From positions 32,001 to 96,000 of the forward strand of contig CAWHHI010000016.1 of NCBI GenBank assembly GCA_963829055.1: 64,000 nt of DNA, given 5' to 3'. Below are positions 43,540 through 53,906 of this stretch, piece by piece. The DNA is from an uncultured Gemmatimonadaceae bacterium. GTDB lineage: Bacteria; Gemmatimonadota; Gemmatimonadetes; Gemmatimonadales; Gemmatimonadaceae. The notes under the pieces were generated by a model. The model was not told where the DNA came from. It saw only the letters and a list, made by a program, of their open reading frames with translations, and did no database searches. A program made the translations under genes and the position numbers. Numbering within the stretch: position 1 is the first letter of the stretch; every line of letters begins with the position of its first letter.

Positions 43540-44523
43540 GTGATCGATCAGAGTCAGGAAGCCCACATGCGCGCGAATCCGACCACGGACGACGCCGCGC
43601 GGGTGGCCGAGTTCGAGGCGCGTATCGCGCAGGGCGAGTCGATCGAGCCCAAGGACTGGATGCCCGAGCGCTATCGCAAGCAGCTCGTGCGCATGATGTC
43701 CCAGCACGCGCATTCCGAGATCGTCGGCATGCTGCCCGAGGGCAACTGGATCACGCGTGCCCCGAGCCTGCGCCGGAAGATGGTGCTGCTCGCGAAGGTG
43801 CAGGATGAGGCCGGGCACGGTCTGTACATCTACTGCGGTACCGAGACGCTGGGCGTAGGCCGCGAAGAGCTCGTCGATCAGCTGCTGACGGGCAAAGCGA
43901 AGTACTCGAGCATCTTCAACTACCCGACGCTCACGTGGGCTGACATTGGTGTGATCGGCTGGTTCGTCGACGGCGCGGCGATCGTCAATCAGACGATGCT
44001 CGCGAAGGCGTCGTTCGGGCCGTACGCGAGAGCGATGGTGCGGATCTGCAAGGAAGAGAACTTCCACAAGAAGCAGGGCTACGAGAGCGTCGCGACGCTC
44101 GCGGCGGGTACACCCGAGCAGCACGCGATGGTGCAGGACGCCGTGAACCGCTGGTGGTGGCCGTCGCTCATGATGTTCGGACCGAGCGACACGAATTCGC
44201 CGAACTCGGCGGAGCTCATCCGGTGGCGGGTCAAGCGCGACACGAACGACACGCTGCGCCAGCGCTTCGTGGACCTCACGGTTCCGCAGGCCCGCGCGGT
44301 CGGGCTGACGCTTCCCGATCCGGATCTCCGCTACAACGAGGAGACGGAGCATTGGGAGTTCGGCGAGATCGACTGGAAGGAATTCCAGGAGGTCATCTCG
44401 GGCAATGGGCCGTGCAACCGCGAGCGTCTCGCGGCTCGCCGGAAAGCGCATGACGAGGGCGCGTGGGTGCGCGAGGCGGCCGAGGCCTATGCCGTCAAGC
44501 GTTCGGCGGCGGACGCCGCCTAG
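43540..44523 (+). CDS. paaA: Phenylacetyl-CoA epoxidase subunit A
   Basis: [58 protein letters not shown]. Confidence 0.97.
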   Translation: MIDQSQEAHMRANPTTDDAARVAEFEARIAQGESIEPKDWMPERYRKQLVRMMSQHAHSEIVGMLPEGNWITRAPSLRRKMVLLAKVQDEAGHGLYIYCGTETLGVGREELVDQLLTGKAKYSSIFNYPTLTWADIGVIGWFVDGAAIVNQTMLAKASFGPYARAMVRICKEENFHKKQGYESVATLAAGTPEQHAMVQDAVNRWWWPSLMMFGPSDTNSPNSAELIRWRVKRDTNDTLRQRFVDLTVPQARAVGLTLPDPDLRYNEETEHWEFGEIDWKEFQEVISGNGPCNRERLAARRKAHDEGAWVREAAEAYAVKRSAADAA

Positions 44524-44612
44524 CGGCGGGAACGGGAAGAGGGAACTGGGAACGGGGGCTGCCAGCTGCTTCGCTGCGCATAGCCCCCAGCCAGCATCCA
44601 CCTAACGACAGA

Positions 44613-44942
44613 ATGACAAACGATACCACGAGCTCACCGGGGTCTGTCGGCGCCTCACCCGAGACGCAGTGGGACCTCTGGGAAGTGTTCACGCAGGAAG
44701 GCCAGGGCGCGCCGCACGAGCACGCTGGAAGCGTGCACGCGACGACAGCGGAGCACGCGATGCAGAACGCGCGGGACGTGTACGCGCGGCGCGGGAAGGT
44801 CGTGAGCCTCTGGGTCGTGCCGACCGCGTCGATCGTGGCCTCTGCGCCGAGCGACGCGGGGCCGCTGTTCGACCCGGGAAACGACAAGGCGTATCGGCAC
44901 CCGCAGTTCTACAAAACGCCTCGTGGGGTGAGAGGACTGTGA
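44613..44942 (+). CDS. paaB: Phenylacetyl-CoA epoxidase subunit B
   Basis: WDLWEVF, HAGSVHA, NARDVYARR, DKAYRHPQFY. Confidence 0.95.
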   Translation: MTNDTTSSPGSVGASPETQWDLWEVFTQEGQGAPHEHAGSVHATTAEHAMQNARDVYARRGKVVSLWVVPTASIVASAPSDAGPLFDPGNDKAYRHPQFYKTPRGVRGL

Positions 44943-44984
44943 GCGCGAGACGGGCCGGGAACGCGGGAACATGGGAATCGGGAA

Positions 44985-45807
44985 TTGGTAACCGAACTGC
45001 CGGCTGACAGCTGGGTCGCGGGCGCGCGGCCGACGACCGCCACGTCCGGCGTTACCGAGAACCCGCTCTTCGAGTACCTCCTGCGCCTCGCGGACGATCG
45101 ACTGGTCCTCGGCCACCGACTCTCGGAGTGGTGTGGCCACGGCCCGATTCTCGAGGAGGACATCGCGCTCGCGAACATTGCGCTCGACTTCATTGGCCAG
45201 GCGTCGATGCTGCTCAAGCTCGCTGGCGAGGTCGAAGGGAAGGGGCGAACCGACGACATGCTCGCGTACTTCCGCGACGCCATCGAGTTCCGCAACGTGC
45301 AGCTGGTCGAGCTGCCTAACGGCGATTTCGCCACGACGATCGTCCGTCAGTTCCTGTTCGACGCCTGGGACGTGCTGGTGCTCGAGCGGTCTGACGAGCG
45401 CGACGAACGAACAGCTCGCTGGGATCGCGGCCAAGGCGCTCAAGGAGGCGAAGTACCATCTTCGCCACAGCGCGGAGTGGGTGCGAATGCTTGGCGACGG
45501 AACGGTTGAGAGTCACCGTCGCGCACAGCAGGCGCTCGACGCGCTGTGGCCGTACACCACCGAGCTCTTTCTCACGGACGACATCGACCGTCAGGCCGTG
45601 GCGGCAGGTGTCGGCGTAGACGTCGAGTCGCTTCGTCCGCGGTGGCGGCAGATGGTCGAGCAGGTGTTCGGCGAGGCGACGCTGACGATCCCGAAGGACG
45701 GATTCGCGCCGCGCGGCGGACGGATGGGACGCCACACGGAGCACCTCGGCCGGATGCTGGCTGACATGCAGAGCCTCGCCCGCGCGCACCCGGGGGCAAC
45801 GTGGTGA
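44985..45807 (+). CDS. paaC: Phenylacetyl-CoA epoxidase subunit C; frameshift near 45390, start uncertain
   Basis: [64 protein letters not shown]. Confidence 0.95.
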
Positions 45808-46301
45808 GCGTCGCCGAGTCGCGGCGCGACGAGATTCTTCGCTGGCTCGACGAGGTGAAGGATCCGGAGGTGCCGGTGCTGAGCATCCGCGAGCTGGGTG
45901 TGCTGCGCGATGTGGAGGTGTCCGACGACGGCGTGGTGGTCGTGATGACACCGACGTACTCCGGCTGCCCCGCCATGCACGCGATGGAGACCGAGGTCGT
46001 GCAGACGCTCGCGAGCCACGGCGTGCCTAACGCGCGCGTCAGGACGGTGTACTCGCCGGCCTGGACGACCGACTGGATGTCGGACGAGGCGAAGGCGAAG
46101 CTCGAAGCGTACGGTATCGCCGCGCCCGATCGATTGGAGTCGGACGATCTCGTGCCGCTGCGTCGACGCGTGGCGGTGCGGTGCCCGTACTGCCAGTCGG
46201 TGAACACGATCATGCGCAGCGAATTCGGATCGACGGCGTGTAAGGCGATCCTGTTCTGCAACAGCTGCCACCAACCCTTCGAGCAATTCAAGGCCATCTG
46301 A
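45804..46301 (+). CDS. paaD: Phenylacetyl-CoA epoxidase subunit D
   Basis: DPEVPVLSI, TPTYSGCPAM, PAWTTDWM, CPYC, FGSTACKA, PFEQFK. Confidence 0.95.
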   Translation: MSVAESRRDEILRWLDEVKDPEVPVLSIRELGVLRDVEVSDDGVVVVMTPTYSGCPAMHAMETEVVQTLASHGVPNARVRTVYSPAWTTDWMSDEAKAKLEAYGIAAPDRLESDDLVPLRRRVAVRCPYCQSVNTIMRSEFGSTACKAILFCNSCHQPFEQFKAI

Positions 46302-46325
46302 ATGGGCACGCGGAGGCGTCCGATC

Positions 46326-46893
46326 ATGCGCCCACCAACGAGAGTGCCTAACGGGCTCAGGGTAGTGGCGGCCCTCTCGATCGCCACTGGCGTTGCGGCG
46401 TGTTCCGGTGGCGAGCGCTCTCGTGCGTCCGACTCGGCGACGAAATCGGTGGAGGCCGTACCGCCGTCACCGACCTCCGGGGCGGCGTCCAGGCCCGCGG
46501 GTGACAGCGTCGGCATCATCAACCGCACCGGTGCCGTGCTGCTGTCCGTCGCGCGCGACTCCGTGTCGATGGGATTCTCGCCGGCAACGATCGCCAAGGT
46601 CCGACGTGAGACGGATACGACGGGAAGCGGCTCGGGATTCGGTGCGATGATCGAACGCACCGTCAAGTCCGGCGTGCAGACGATGCTCTCGACGCGCATC
46701 ATGGTCCCGCTCGCGGACATCGAGAACGTGCGGTACGAGGACGGCACCATCAAGTTCGACTATCGCACGCGCGCCGCGAGGCATGAAGCTCGAGGATATC
46801 AAGATCGACAACGAACCGGCGCTGCAGTCGTTCCGCGAGGAAGACGCGAGGACGTTCGTCAGCGCGGTTCAGGCACGGCTGCCAGCGAGGTAG
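46326..46893 (+). CDS. Hypothetical lipoprotein; frameshift near 46775
   Basis: Lipobox VAAC; second frame MKLEDIKIDNEPALQSFREEDARTFVSAVQARLPAR*. Confidence 0.65.
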
Positions 46894-46923
46894 CGCCTCC
46901 GCGGTCCTCGCTCCGGCCTCGCC

Positions 46924-47625
46924 TCACAAGGTTCGCGCACGCTCGATCTCCGCGAGGTTCGGCAGCAGCTTCGCCTCATCGAGCAGCGAGACGATCCGCT
47001 TTCTGATCGAGCGGAGCAGCGGCAGCCGCGCAATCTTGAACGTTGCCACGATCAGGCCAATCGCCCCGGTTGAAAGCGCCACCGTGCGCCGGCCGTTAGG
47101 CGACCGGTCGTGAAGGAAGAATAGCAACAGGCCCATGTGAAGCGCCCACAGCGCGACTGGAGCGAGTCGTGCGACGTCTTCGGGGAGATGCTCGTCGCCG
47201 AGCGCAATGGAGAACGCCGCCATGCTTTCGAGCCGGTGCTGGCGCAGCGGTGCGCCAAAGAATGAAAGCGGGTGCGTCGGATCGCCAGCGTAGCGGAGCA
47301 GGGCCCCCATGAGCGGCCGGTCGTCGCGGAGGATCTCGATCTTGCTGTGCAGCGCGATGGCGAGCCTGGCGGCGAGCGGTTTGTCGTTGGTCGCCTCGTT
47401 CGCGACCCGCCGGGTGTGCTCCTTCGAGACGCGATCGTAGTACGCGAGCACGATGGCGTCCTTGCTGGGGAAGTAGTGATACGCGGCGCCGAGCGACATC
47501 TCCGCGGCGGCGGCAATATCGCGCATCGTGGTCGCGTCGAACCCCCGGCTCCGAAAAAGCGTTAGGGCGGCGTTGTAGATGCGGTCTCGGGTGTCTTCGC
47601 CCTTCGCGGTGACTGTTTTGAACAT
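46924..47625 (-). CDS. TetR/AcrR family transcriptional regulator
   Basis: TRDRIYNAALTLFRSRGFDATTMRDIAAAAEMSLGAAYHYFPSKD. Confidence 0.95.
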   Translation of the reverse strand: MFKTVTAKGEDTRDRIYNAALTLFRSRGFDATTMRDIAAAAEMSLGAAYHYFPSKDAIVLAYYDRVSKEHTRRVANEATNDKPLAARLAIALHSKIEILRDDRPLMGALLRYAGDPTHPLSFFGAPLRQHRLESMAAFSIALGDEHLPEDVARLAPVALWALHMGLLLFFLHDRSPNGRRTVALSTGAIGLIVATFKIARLPLLRSIRKRIVSLLDEAKLLPNLAEIERARTL

Positions 47626-47725
47626 GTTCAATATCGGAACGGCCGGATCATTCGTCAAGAGCCAATGTTGAACATGTTCAAGACATGAATTGAACGTGTT
47701 CAACTCAGTCTTTGAACACGTTCAA
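47618..47725. promoter_or_regulatory. Four 14-bp palindromic operators TTGAACRYGTTCAA, likely bound by the adjacent TetR
   Basis: TTGAACATGTTCAA at 47618 (overlaps TetR start) and 47668; TTGAACGTGTTCAA at 47690; TTGAACACGTTCAA at 47712. Confidence 0.85.
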
Positions 47726-47793
47726 TAACATGAGGCACGCGTCGCGTTGCATCACGGGAATGATTGGCGCCACGCTGCGGCGTTTAGATGGTG

Positions 47794-48314
47794 GCGCCGG
47801 GGTCGGTGAGAACTACGATGGCGCGGATGACGCAGAAACGGCCGGATCGACCAACCTGGCTACCCAGCGCACATTGGCTGGCGTCGACGAGAACTCACCG
47901 CGAAGGTGATTGGCGCGTTCTACGACGGTGTACAACACGCTCGGCTATGGATTTCGCGAAGTCCGTGTACACGCGCGCACTGGCGCTGGAACTGCGGCGG
48001 CGAGGCTTGCGCGTAGAGCGCGAGGTGTGGATCGCCGTGTACTACAAAGGCGAAGTCAGGTCGGCTCGCTATCGCATCGACATGCTGGTCGAAGGCTGCG
48101 TTGTGCTGGAGATCAAGGCGACAGTCGCACTGGCGCCAAGCGATCGGGACCAACTCCTGAATTACCTTCGCGGTAGCCGTCTCGAGGTCGGACTGCTCCT
48201 GCATTTCGGACCGCGCCCAACCTTCCAGCGCGTCGTCGCCGAGAACGCCCGATCGTGCAGATCCGGCCGTTTCCGCGTCTTCCGCGCCATCGCAGTTCCC
48301 ACCGGCCCCGGAGC
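47794..48314 (+). mobile_element. Candidate element: GxxExxY gene bounded by 55-bp inverted repeats
   Basis: 47794-47848 and 48260-48314 are reverse complements at 49/55 positions; mobility is inferred only. Confidence 0.6.
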
Positions 48315-48405
48315 GATGAGCTGGCCTCAGGTGGAGAGCAGCGCCGCAATCCGATCCGCGATTCGGTCCGCGTCCGGGAGCACGGCCTCGAGCAGCGACG
48401 GGTGA
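47818..48405 (+). CDS. GxxExxY family protein (PD-(D/E)XK-like nuclease fold); 5' part split by indels, ends approximate
   Basis: Reconstructed ELTAKVIGAFY.VYNTLGYGFRESVYTRALALEL..VEREV..YYKG..YRIDMLVEGCVVLEIKA..DQLLNYL..EVGLLLHFG. Confidence 0.88.
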   Translation: MARMTQKRPDRPTWLPSAHWLASTRTHREGDWRVLRRCTTRSAMDFAKSVYTRALALELRRRGLRVEREVWIAVYYKGEVRSARYRIDMLVEGCVVLEIKATVALAPSDRDQLLNYLRGSRLEVGLLLHFGPRPTFQRVVAENARSCRSGRFRVFRAIAVPTGPGAMSWPQVESSAAIRSAIRSASGSTASSSDG

Positions 48406-50459
48406 TAGGGCATCGGCACATCCGCGACCGCCAGACGGTCCACCGGAGCATCCAAAGCCCAGAAAGCCTCACGCCCCACCACCGCCGCGATCTCGGCACC
48501 GAAGCCCGCCGTGATCGTGTCCTCGTGCACGATCAGGCAGCGCGACGTTTTCCGCACCGAATCGAGCACCGCCTCGCGGTCCCACGGCGCAACGGTCCGC
48601 AGATCGAAGAGCTCCACCACGCCGTCGCCGAAGCGCGCGGCCGCTTCGGCGCAGCGGTGCACCATCGCGCCCCAGCTCACCACCGTGATGTCCTTGCCCT
48701 CGCGCAGGCGCGCGGCCCTGCCGAACGGCAACACGTAGTCGTCGCCGGGATAGCGCGCGCTGCCGTCGCTCGTCATGAGCAGCGATCGGTGCTCGAAGAA
48801 GATCGTCGGATTGCGACTGCGCATCGCCGCTCGCAGGAGCCCGACGGCGTCCGCCGCGTTCGACGGGATCGCCACCTGCCAGCCTAACGCGTGCGCCCAC
48901 GTCACCTCGGCGCTCAACGAGTGCCACGGGTCGCCGACGTCCTTGCCGTACCCGCCCGGCATCCGCACGACGATCGGCGCGCAGAAGCGGTTCGCCGTGC
49001 GCCAGCGCATCGTGCCGCAGTTGTTGAGCTGCTCGTGTGCGGGGTCCGCGTACTTGCGGAACTGGATCTCGGCAACGGGGACGAGGCCGGCGATGGCCAT
49101 GCCGACGGCACGGCCAATGATGCCTTCCTCGGACAGGCTCGTGTCGAACACGCGAGCGGCGCCGAACTGCTTCTGCAGGCCCTCGGTCACGAGGTGCACG
49201 CCGCCCTTCACGCCCACGTCCTCGCCGAACACCGCGACTTTCGGATTTCGCTCGAGCTCGGAGCGCAGCGTGCGCTTGATCGCCTCCGCGAATCGCACGA
49301 CCTCGCCGCTGTCGCTCGGGACGTCGGTTCCACCGAGCGCGTCACGCTCCTCGTCGGAGAGACCGCCTAACGGCACAGTGTCGCCCGGCTGGACGGGCTC
49401 CTCGTATACGAAGCGATGAATCGTCGCGGGGTCAGGCGCCGGACGCGCACGCGCGCCGTCCAGTCCCCGCTTCACGTCGCGCGCGACTTCTGCCTCCAGA
49501 TCAGCCCAGTCCGCCTGGTTCATGAACTCCGGCACCAGGTGCTCCCGGAGACGCGGAAGCGGATCGCGCGCGCTGTCGGCGGCGATCTCGGCTTCGGTGC
49601 GGTAGCCCTTCTGGTTGTCTGGCCCCGAGTGGGAGGAGAGCCGGGGGACCGTGAGGTGAATCAGGGCGGGGCCGACGCCGGAGCGGACGTGATCCACCGC
49701 ATCGCCTAACAACCGCGCCGACTCGTCAGGATCGCACCCGTCGCCATCGCGGATGAGCAGGTTGGCAAAAGACGCCAGGTTCCGCGCGATGTTGCCGCCC
49801 GGAGTCTGCATCTCACCCTTGACCGAGATGCCGAGTCCGTTGTCCTCGATGTAAAACAGCATCGGGAGCTTCAGCGTCGTCGCCATCGTGAGCGCGGACC
49901 AGAAGCCGTTCGTCGCCACCGACGCTTCGCCACCAAGAGCAACCGCTATCGCGCCGCGGTATGACGCGTCGCCGAGCACGTCGCGATGATACGTGATGGC
50001 CTGGGCCCAGCCGGCGGCGGGCGTGTACTGCGATCCTACGTCGCCGGACATCGGCAGGACGACGGTGCCGTTGCGGTTAGGCAGGTTGCAGACGACACCG
50101 ATATCGCGGCCATCGCTGAATCCGCCGGAGCGACCGAGCGGGCTGGCGAGCGCGTCCTCGATCGAGAGGCCGATGGAGAGCAACAGCGGGCGCGATCGGT
50201 AGTACGCTCCGACGCCATCGTGCGCGTGGTCGAGCATCGATCCCAGAATCGTCTGCGCCACGTCGTGGCCGCGCGCCGAGAACTGGTAGAGCACGAGGTG
50301 CTCGCGCGGGACGGTCGCCCGGTTGCGATTCGTCGTCTCCTCGGCGTCATCGAGCGCGCGCGAGACGAGCGAGTTGTACGCGATGGCGCGCCAATCGATG
50401 GAACGACTGGTCGCCTTGGGACGAGCGGATTTGGCCTTGGCAGGGGAGCGAACGGGCAT
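48327..50459 (-). CDS. 2-oxoacid dehydrogenase E1, fused alpha+beta (branched-chain type)
   Basis: YQFSARGHD, ThDP region GGEAS..IEDNG, SHSGPD, GEDVG.KGGV, FDTSLSEEGIIG, AEIQF, IFFEHR. Confidence 0.92.
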   Translation of the reverse strand: MPVRSPAKAKSARPKATSRSIDWRAIAYNSLVSRALDDAEETTNRNRATVPREHLVLYQFSARGHDVAQTILGSMLDHAHDGVGAYYRSRPLLLSIGLSIEDALASPLGRSGGFSDGRDIGVVCNLPNRNGTVVLPMSGDVGSQYTPAAGWAQAITYHRDVLGDASYRGAIAVALGGEASVATNGFWSALTMATTLKLPMLFYIEDNGLGISVKGEMQTPGGNIARNLASFANLLIRDGDGCDPDESARLLGDAVDHVRSGVGPALIHLTVPRLSSHSGPDNQKGYRTEAEIAADSARDPLPRLREHLVPEFMNQADWADLEAEVARDVKRGLDGARARPAPDPATIHRFVYEEPVQPGDTVPLGGLSDEERDALGGTDVPSDSGEVVRFAEAIKRTLRSELERNPKVAVFGEDVGVKGGVHLVTEGLQKQFGAARVFDTSLSEEGIIGRAVGMAIAGLVPVAEIQFRKYADPAHEQLNNCGTMRWRTANRFCAPIVVRMPGGYGKDVGDPWHSLSAEVTWAHALGWQVAIPSNAADAVGLLRAAMRSRNPTIFFEHRSLLMTSDGSARYPGDDYVLPFGRAARLREGKDITVVSWGAMVHRCAEAAARFGDGVVELFDLRTVAPWDREAVLDSVRKTSRCLIVHEDTITAGFGAEIAAVVGREAFWALDAPVDRLAVADVPMPYHPSLLEAVLPDADRIADRIAALLST

Positions 50460-50694
50460 GCGGGGAAATTAGCTGGGAGACCGATACGGCGGGAACAGGG
50501 AACAGGGAACGGGGAACCGGGAACACCAGCGGCAGCTGGTGGCTGGTCGCTCGTGCTGGTCGCTGGTCGTGGCCGGTCGTTCCGACCTGTAGTGGTGCTT
50601 CGGATAGACGGCGTGCAGCTTTGCTGGCGATTCGCAACCGCGACCGGCCTACCCCTGACGCGCGAGAGGCGCGGCTGCGATGGATCTGAACGAA

Positions 50695-52999
50695 ATGCAA
50701 CCGAATCGTCGACAAATCCTACGTCGCGCGCTACCACTCGCTGCGGTCGTCGCGTGTGCCGCAGCGTACACCGGCACGATTGGCAGAGCGGACGCCGGAC
50801 CAGCTGGCGCGGTCGCGCCGGACTCCGCGCTGCTCCAGCGCATGCTGAACGCCGAGGATTCCCGCGTAAGTGACTCCGCGTCCCTCGCGCCGCTGTTCGA
50901 GGGAATGCGCAGCGCCGACGTCACGACGCGCCGCATCGCCACGCGGGCGATCGGGCGGCTCGAGCGCAGCGACTACATGAGCGTCCTCGAGCCGATGCTC
51001 ACCGACCCGTCGCCTGCCGTTCGCGCCGAGGCGGTGAACGCGTTAGCGCAGATCGCGCGCGCGAGCGTCGTGAATGCGCCGGCCAGCGACGAGTCGCGCA
51101 TGCGCCTCGCCATGAGTGCGCAGGGATTGATTCGCGGTCTGCTCGCTGGCGAGAGCGATCCAGTCGTTCGAGGCAGCATAGCGCGTTCGCTGGGGCGACT
51201 CCCATACCCGAGCGAGGAAGTCGCTCGTGCCGCGGCTGAGTCGATCGCGTCGATCACGGATGGGATGCCAAGCGACGGCGCGCTGGCCCGCGAACCGTGG
51301 TTCGGCGTGGTGCACGGGATCGACGACCTTCTCCGTCGCTTTCCCGGAGTACGCACCGCGCCGGCGGTACAGCGCATCGCGGCGCTGCCTCGCGTTCCCA
51401 CCGTCGCGAACGCCGGTTCTACGGGCTCCACGAGCGACAGCGGATGGTCGCGAGAGACGAACGTCATGCTCGCGGCCGTTCGGGGACGAGTCCTCGGCGC
51501 CGCGGTCGGCACGGCGAAGGCCGTCGATGAGGCGACGGCACGCAGCGTCGGCGCGCGTTTCCTCAGCGATTTCGGCGACGCCGATCCGCAGGTTCGACGT
51601 CAGGTCGTGGCCCTGCTCGCGGTCGCGGGGGCCGTTGATGAGTCGTCCCGTGCACGAGTCGTGACCGCCGCGCTCGGCGATCCATCGTTCAGCGTGCGAT
51701 TCGAGGCCGTTCGTGCGTACGCGCGGCGGCACAGTACCGGGTGTGCGCCGCTCATCACGGCGACCCGCGACGCGAGTGCGCACGTGGCCATCGCCGCGAT
51801 CGATGCACTGGCAACGCCGTGCGACTCGTCCGGCGCGGCTGTTGTTCGGCTCGCGCAGCTCGTGCGAGACCTTCCCCGTACGGCGACAGCGCGTTCAGGA
51901 ACGCGGGGAAGTTGGCACGCCGGCGCCCACGCGCTCGTCGCCCTCGCGCAGCTGGCGCCGGATTCGGCGCGCGCGTCAGCGTCGCGCCTCGCGAGCCATC
52001 CGGTGTGGCAGGTTCGCATGTACGCGGCTCGCGCGGCGGGTGAGCTCGTAGACACCGTCACGCTCGCGAAGCTCGCGAGCGACACGACGGACAACGTGCG
52101 AGACGCCGCGGTCAACGCACTTGCGGCGTTGATTCGGCCGCCGCGCGGCACCAACAACCGTCCACGGATCGAGCGGACTGAGAAGATCGACTCGCTCTTC
52201 ACCGCGCAGTTGGCGCACACGGATCATCAGCTCGTGCTGGATGCCGCGAGGGCGCTCGAGGGCGGTCGATCGTCGGCGAAGCTGGCGGACGCTCTGTTCG
52301 CATCGCTCGCCCGGCTCACGGCGCGGCAGAGTGAAAACTCGCGCGATCCGCGAATGGAGTTGCTCGCGCGCATCGAGACCATGGTGGAGGGCAGCAACCA
52401 CGCGCTCGCGCATCCAGCCGTACCTGAGCGACTACGATCCGGCAATCGCGGAACGGGCCGCGCAGCTCCTTCGGAAGTGGGGCGTGCCGACGGCCGCGGC
52501 CACGCCGCGTCGGTTTCAACCCATGCCGGTCTCGCTCTCGGAGATGGGTCGACTGCGGAACGCGCGCCTGCGCGTCACCATGGCGCCCGAATCTGGCGGT
52601 GGGTCGTTCGAGATGCGGCTGCTCGTCGACGATGCACCCGCGAGCGTGAATCGCCTCGTCACGCTGGCGCGCATGGGCTACTACAACAAGCTCACGTTCC
52701 ATCGGGTGGAGACGAACTTCGTGATCCAGGGCGGCAGCCCCGGCGCGAACGAATACGTCGGCGCGCAACGCTTCATGCGCGACGAGCTCGGGCTCCCTTC
52801 GCACGAGCGTGGCACGGTCGGGATCTCGACTCGCGGGCGCGACACGGGCGACGCGCAGATCTTCGTGAACCTCATCGACAACTGGCGCCTCGATCACGAT
52901 TACACCGTGCTCGCGGACGTGGTGCGCGGGATGGACGTGGTGGACGCAATCCTGGAAGGCGACGTGATCGCGCGCATGGAGATCGTCGGGGGGCGCTGA
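50695..52999 (+). CDS. HEAT-repeat protein with C-terminal cyclophilin-type PPIase domain; frameshift near 52400
   Basis: Repeats DPSPAVRAEAVNAL, DADPQVRRQ, DPSFSVRFEAV; GYYNKLTFHRVETNFVIQGG, RGRDTGDAQIFVNL. Confidence 0.88.
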
Positions 53000-53109
53000 A
53001 CCAGGCTCGGTGGTGTGTGGTGGCGGTCGTGAGCGACTAGCTTTCGCGCGTCCGTGCGAGCGGCGCACGGGGTAGTAACGTCGCCCTCATGATTTCGGTC
53101 CGGACCTCC

Positions 53110-53898
53110 ATGTCATTCGAGTTCATCCTTTACGAAGCGGGCGAGGGCGTGGCGAAGATCACGCTCAATCGGCCCGACGTGCTGAACAGCTTCAACCGCC
53201 CGATGGCGATCGAGGTGCGTCAGGCATTCTCTGCCGCCGCTGCCGACAGCGACGTGCGCGCTGTGTTGCTCACGGGCGCCGGACGCGCGTTCTGCGCGGG
53301 CCAGGATCTCGCCGAGATGACCCCCAAGGAGGGGCCGGCGCCCGATCTCGGCGACATCGTCGCTCGTGGCTACAACCCGATCGTCCGTACGATTCGGCAG
53401 ATCGACAAACCGGTCGTGTGTGCGGTGAATGGCGTCGCTGCAGGTGCCGGCGCGAACCTCGCGTTCGCCTGTGACTTCGTGCTCGCGGCGTCCGAGGCGT
53501 CGTTCATCCAGTCGTTCACCAAGATCGGCCTCGTGCCCGACACGGGCGGCACGTTCTTCCTGCCGCGGACGATCGGAATGGCGCGCGCGACGGCGCTCAT
53601 GATGCTCGGCACCAAGGTGACGGCGGCGGAAGCGGTCGCGATGGGATTGATCCTTCGCGCGGTCGACGGCGGTACGTTGATGGACGAAGCAACGGCGCTG
53701 GCGAAGCAGCTCGCGACACAGCCCACGCGTGGGCTCGGCCTCATCAAGCGCGCGCTCAACGCATCGGCGACGAACGGTCTCGACGAGCAGCTCGCGCTCG
53801 AGGCGCAGCTGCAAGCGGAAGCCGGCTCGACGGCGGACTACCGCGAAGGTGTGAAGGCGTTCATCGAAAAGCGGCCGCCTGTGTTCGTCGGGCGTTAG
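53110..53898 (+). CDS. paaG: Ring-1,2-epoxyphenylacetyl-CoA isomerase
   Basis: LNRPDVLNSF, AFCAGQDL, YNPIV, VNGVAAGAGANLA, GLVPDTGG; paa context. Confidence 0.9.
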   Translation: MSFEFILYEAGEGVAKITLNRPDVLNSFNRPMAIEVRQAFSAAAADSDVRAVLLTGAGRAFCAGQDLAEMTPKEGPAPDLGDIVARGYNPIVRTIRQIDKPVVCAVNGVAAGAGANLAFACDFVLAASEASFIQSFTKIGLVPDTGGTFFLPRTIGMARATALMMLGTKVTAAEAVAMGLILRAVDGGTLMDEATALAKQLATQPTRGLGLIKRALNASATNGLDEQLALEAQLQAEAGSTADYREGVKAFIEKRPPVFVGR

Positions 53899-53906
53899 GT
53901 GAACCG

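Noticed and set aside
47618..47725. Possible mini-CRISPR or iterons
   Set aside because: 14-bp palindromes with 8-bp gaps overlapping a TetR start fit operators
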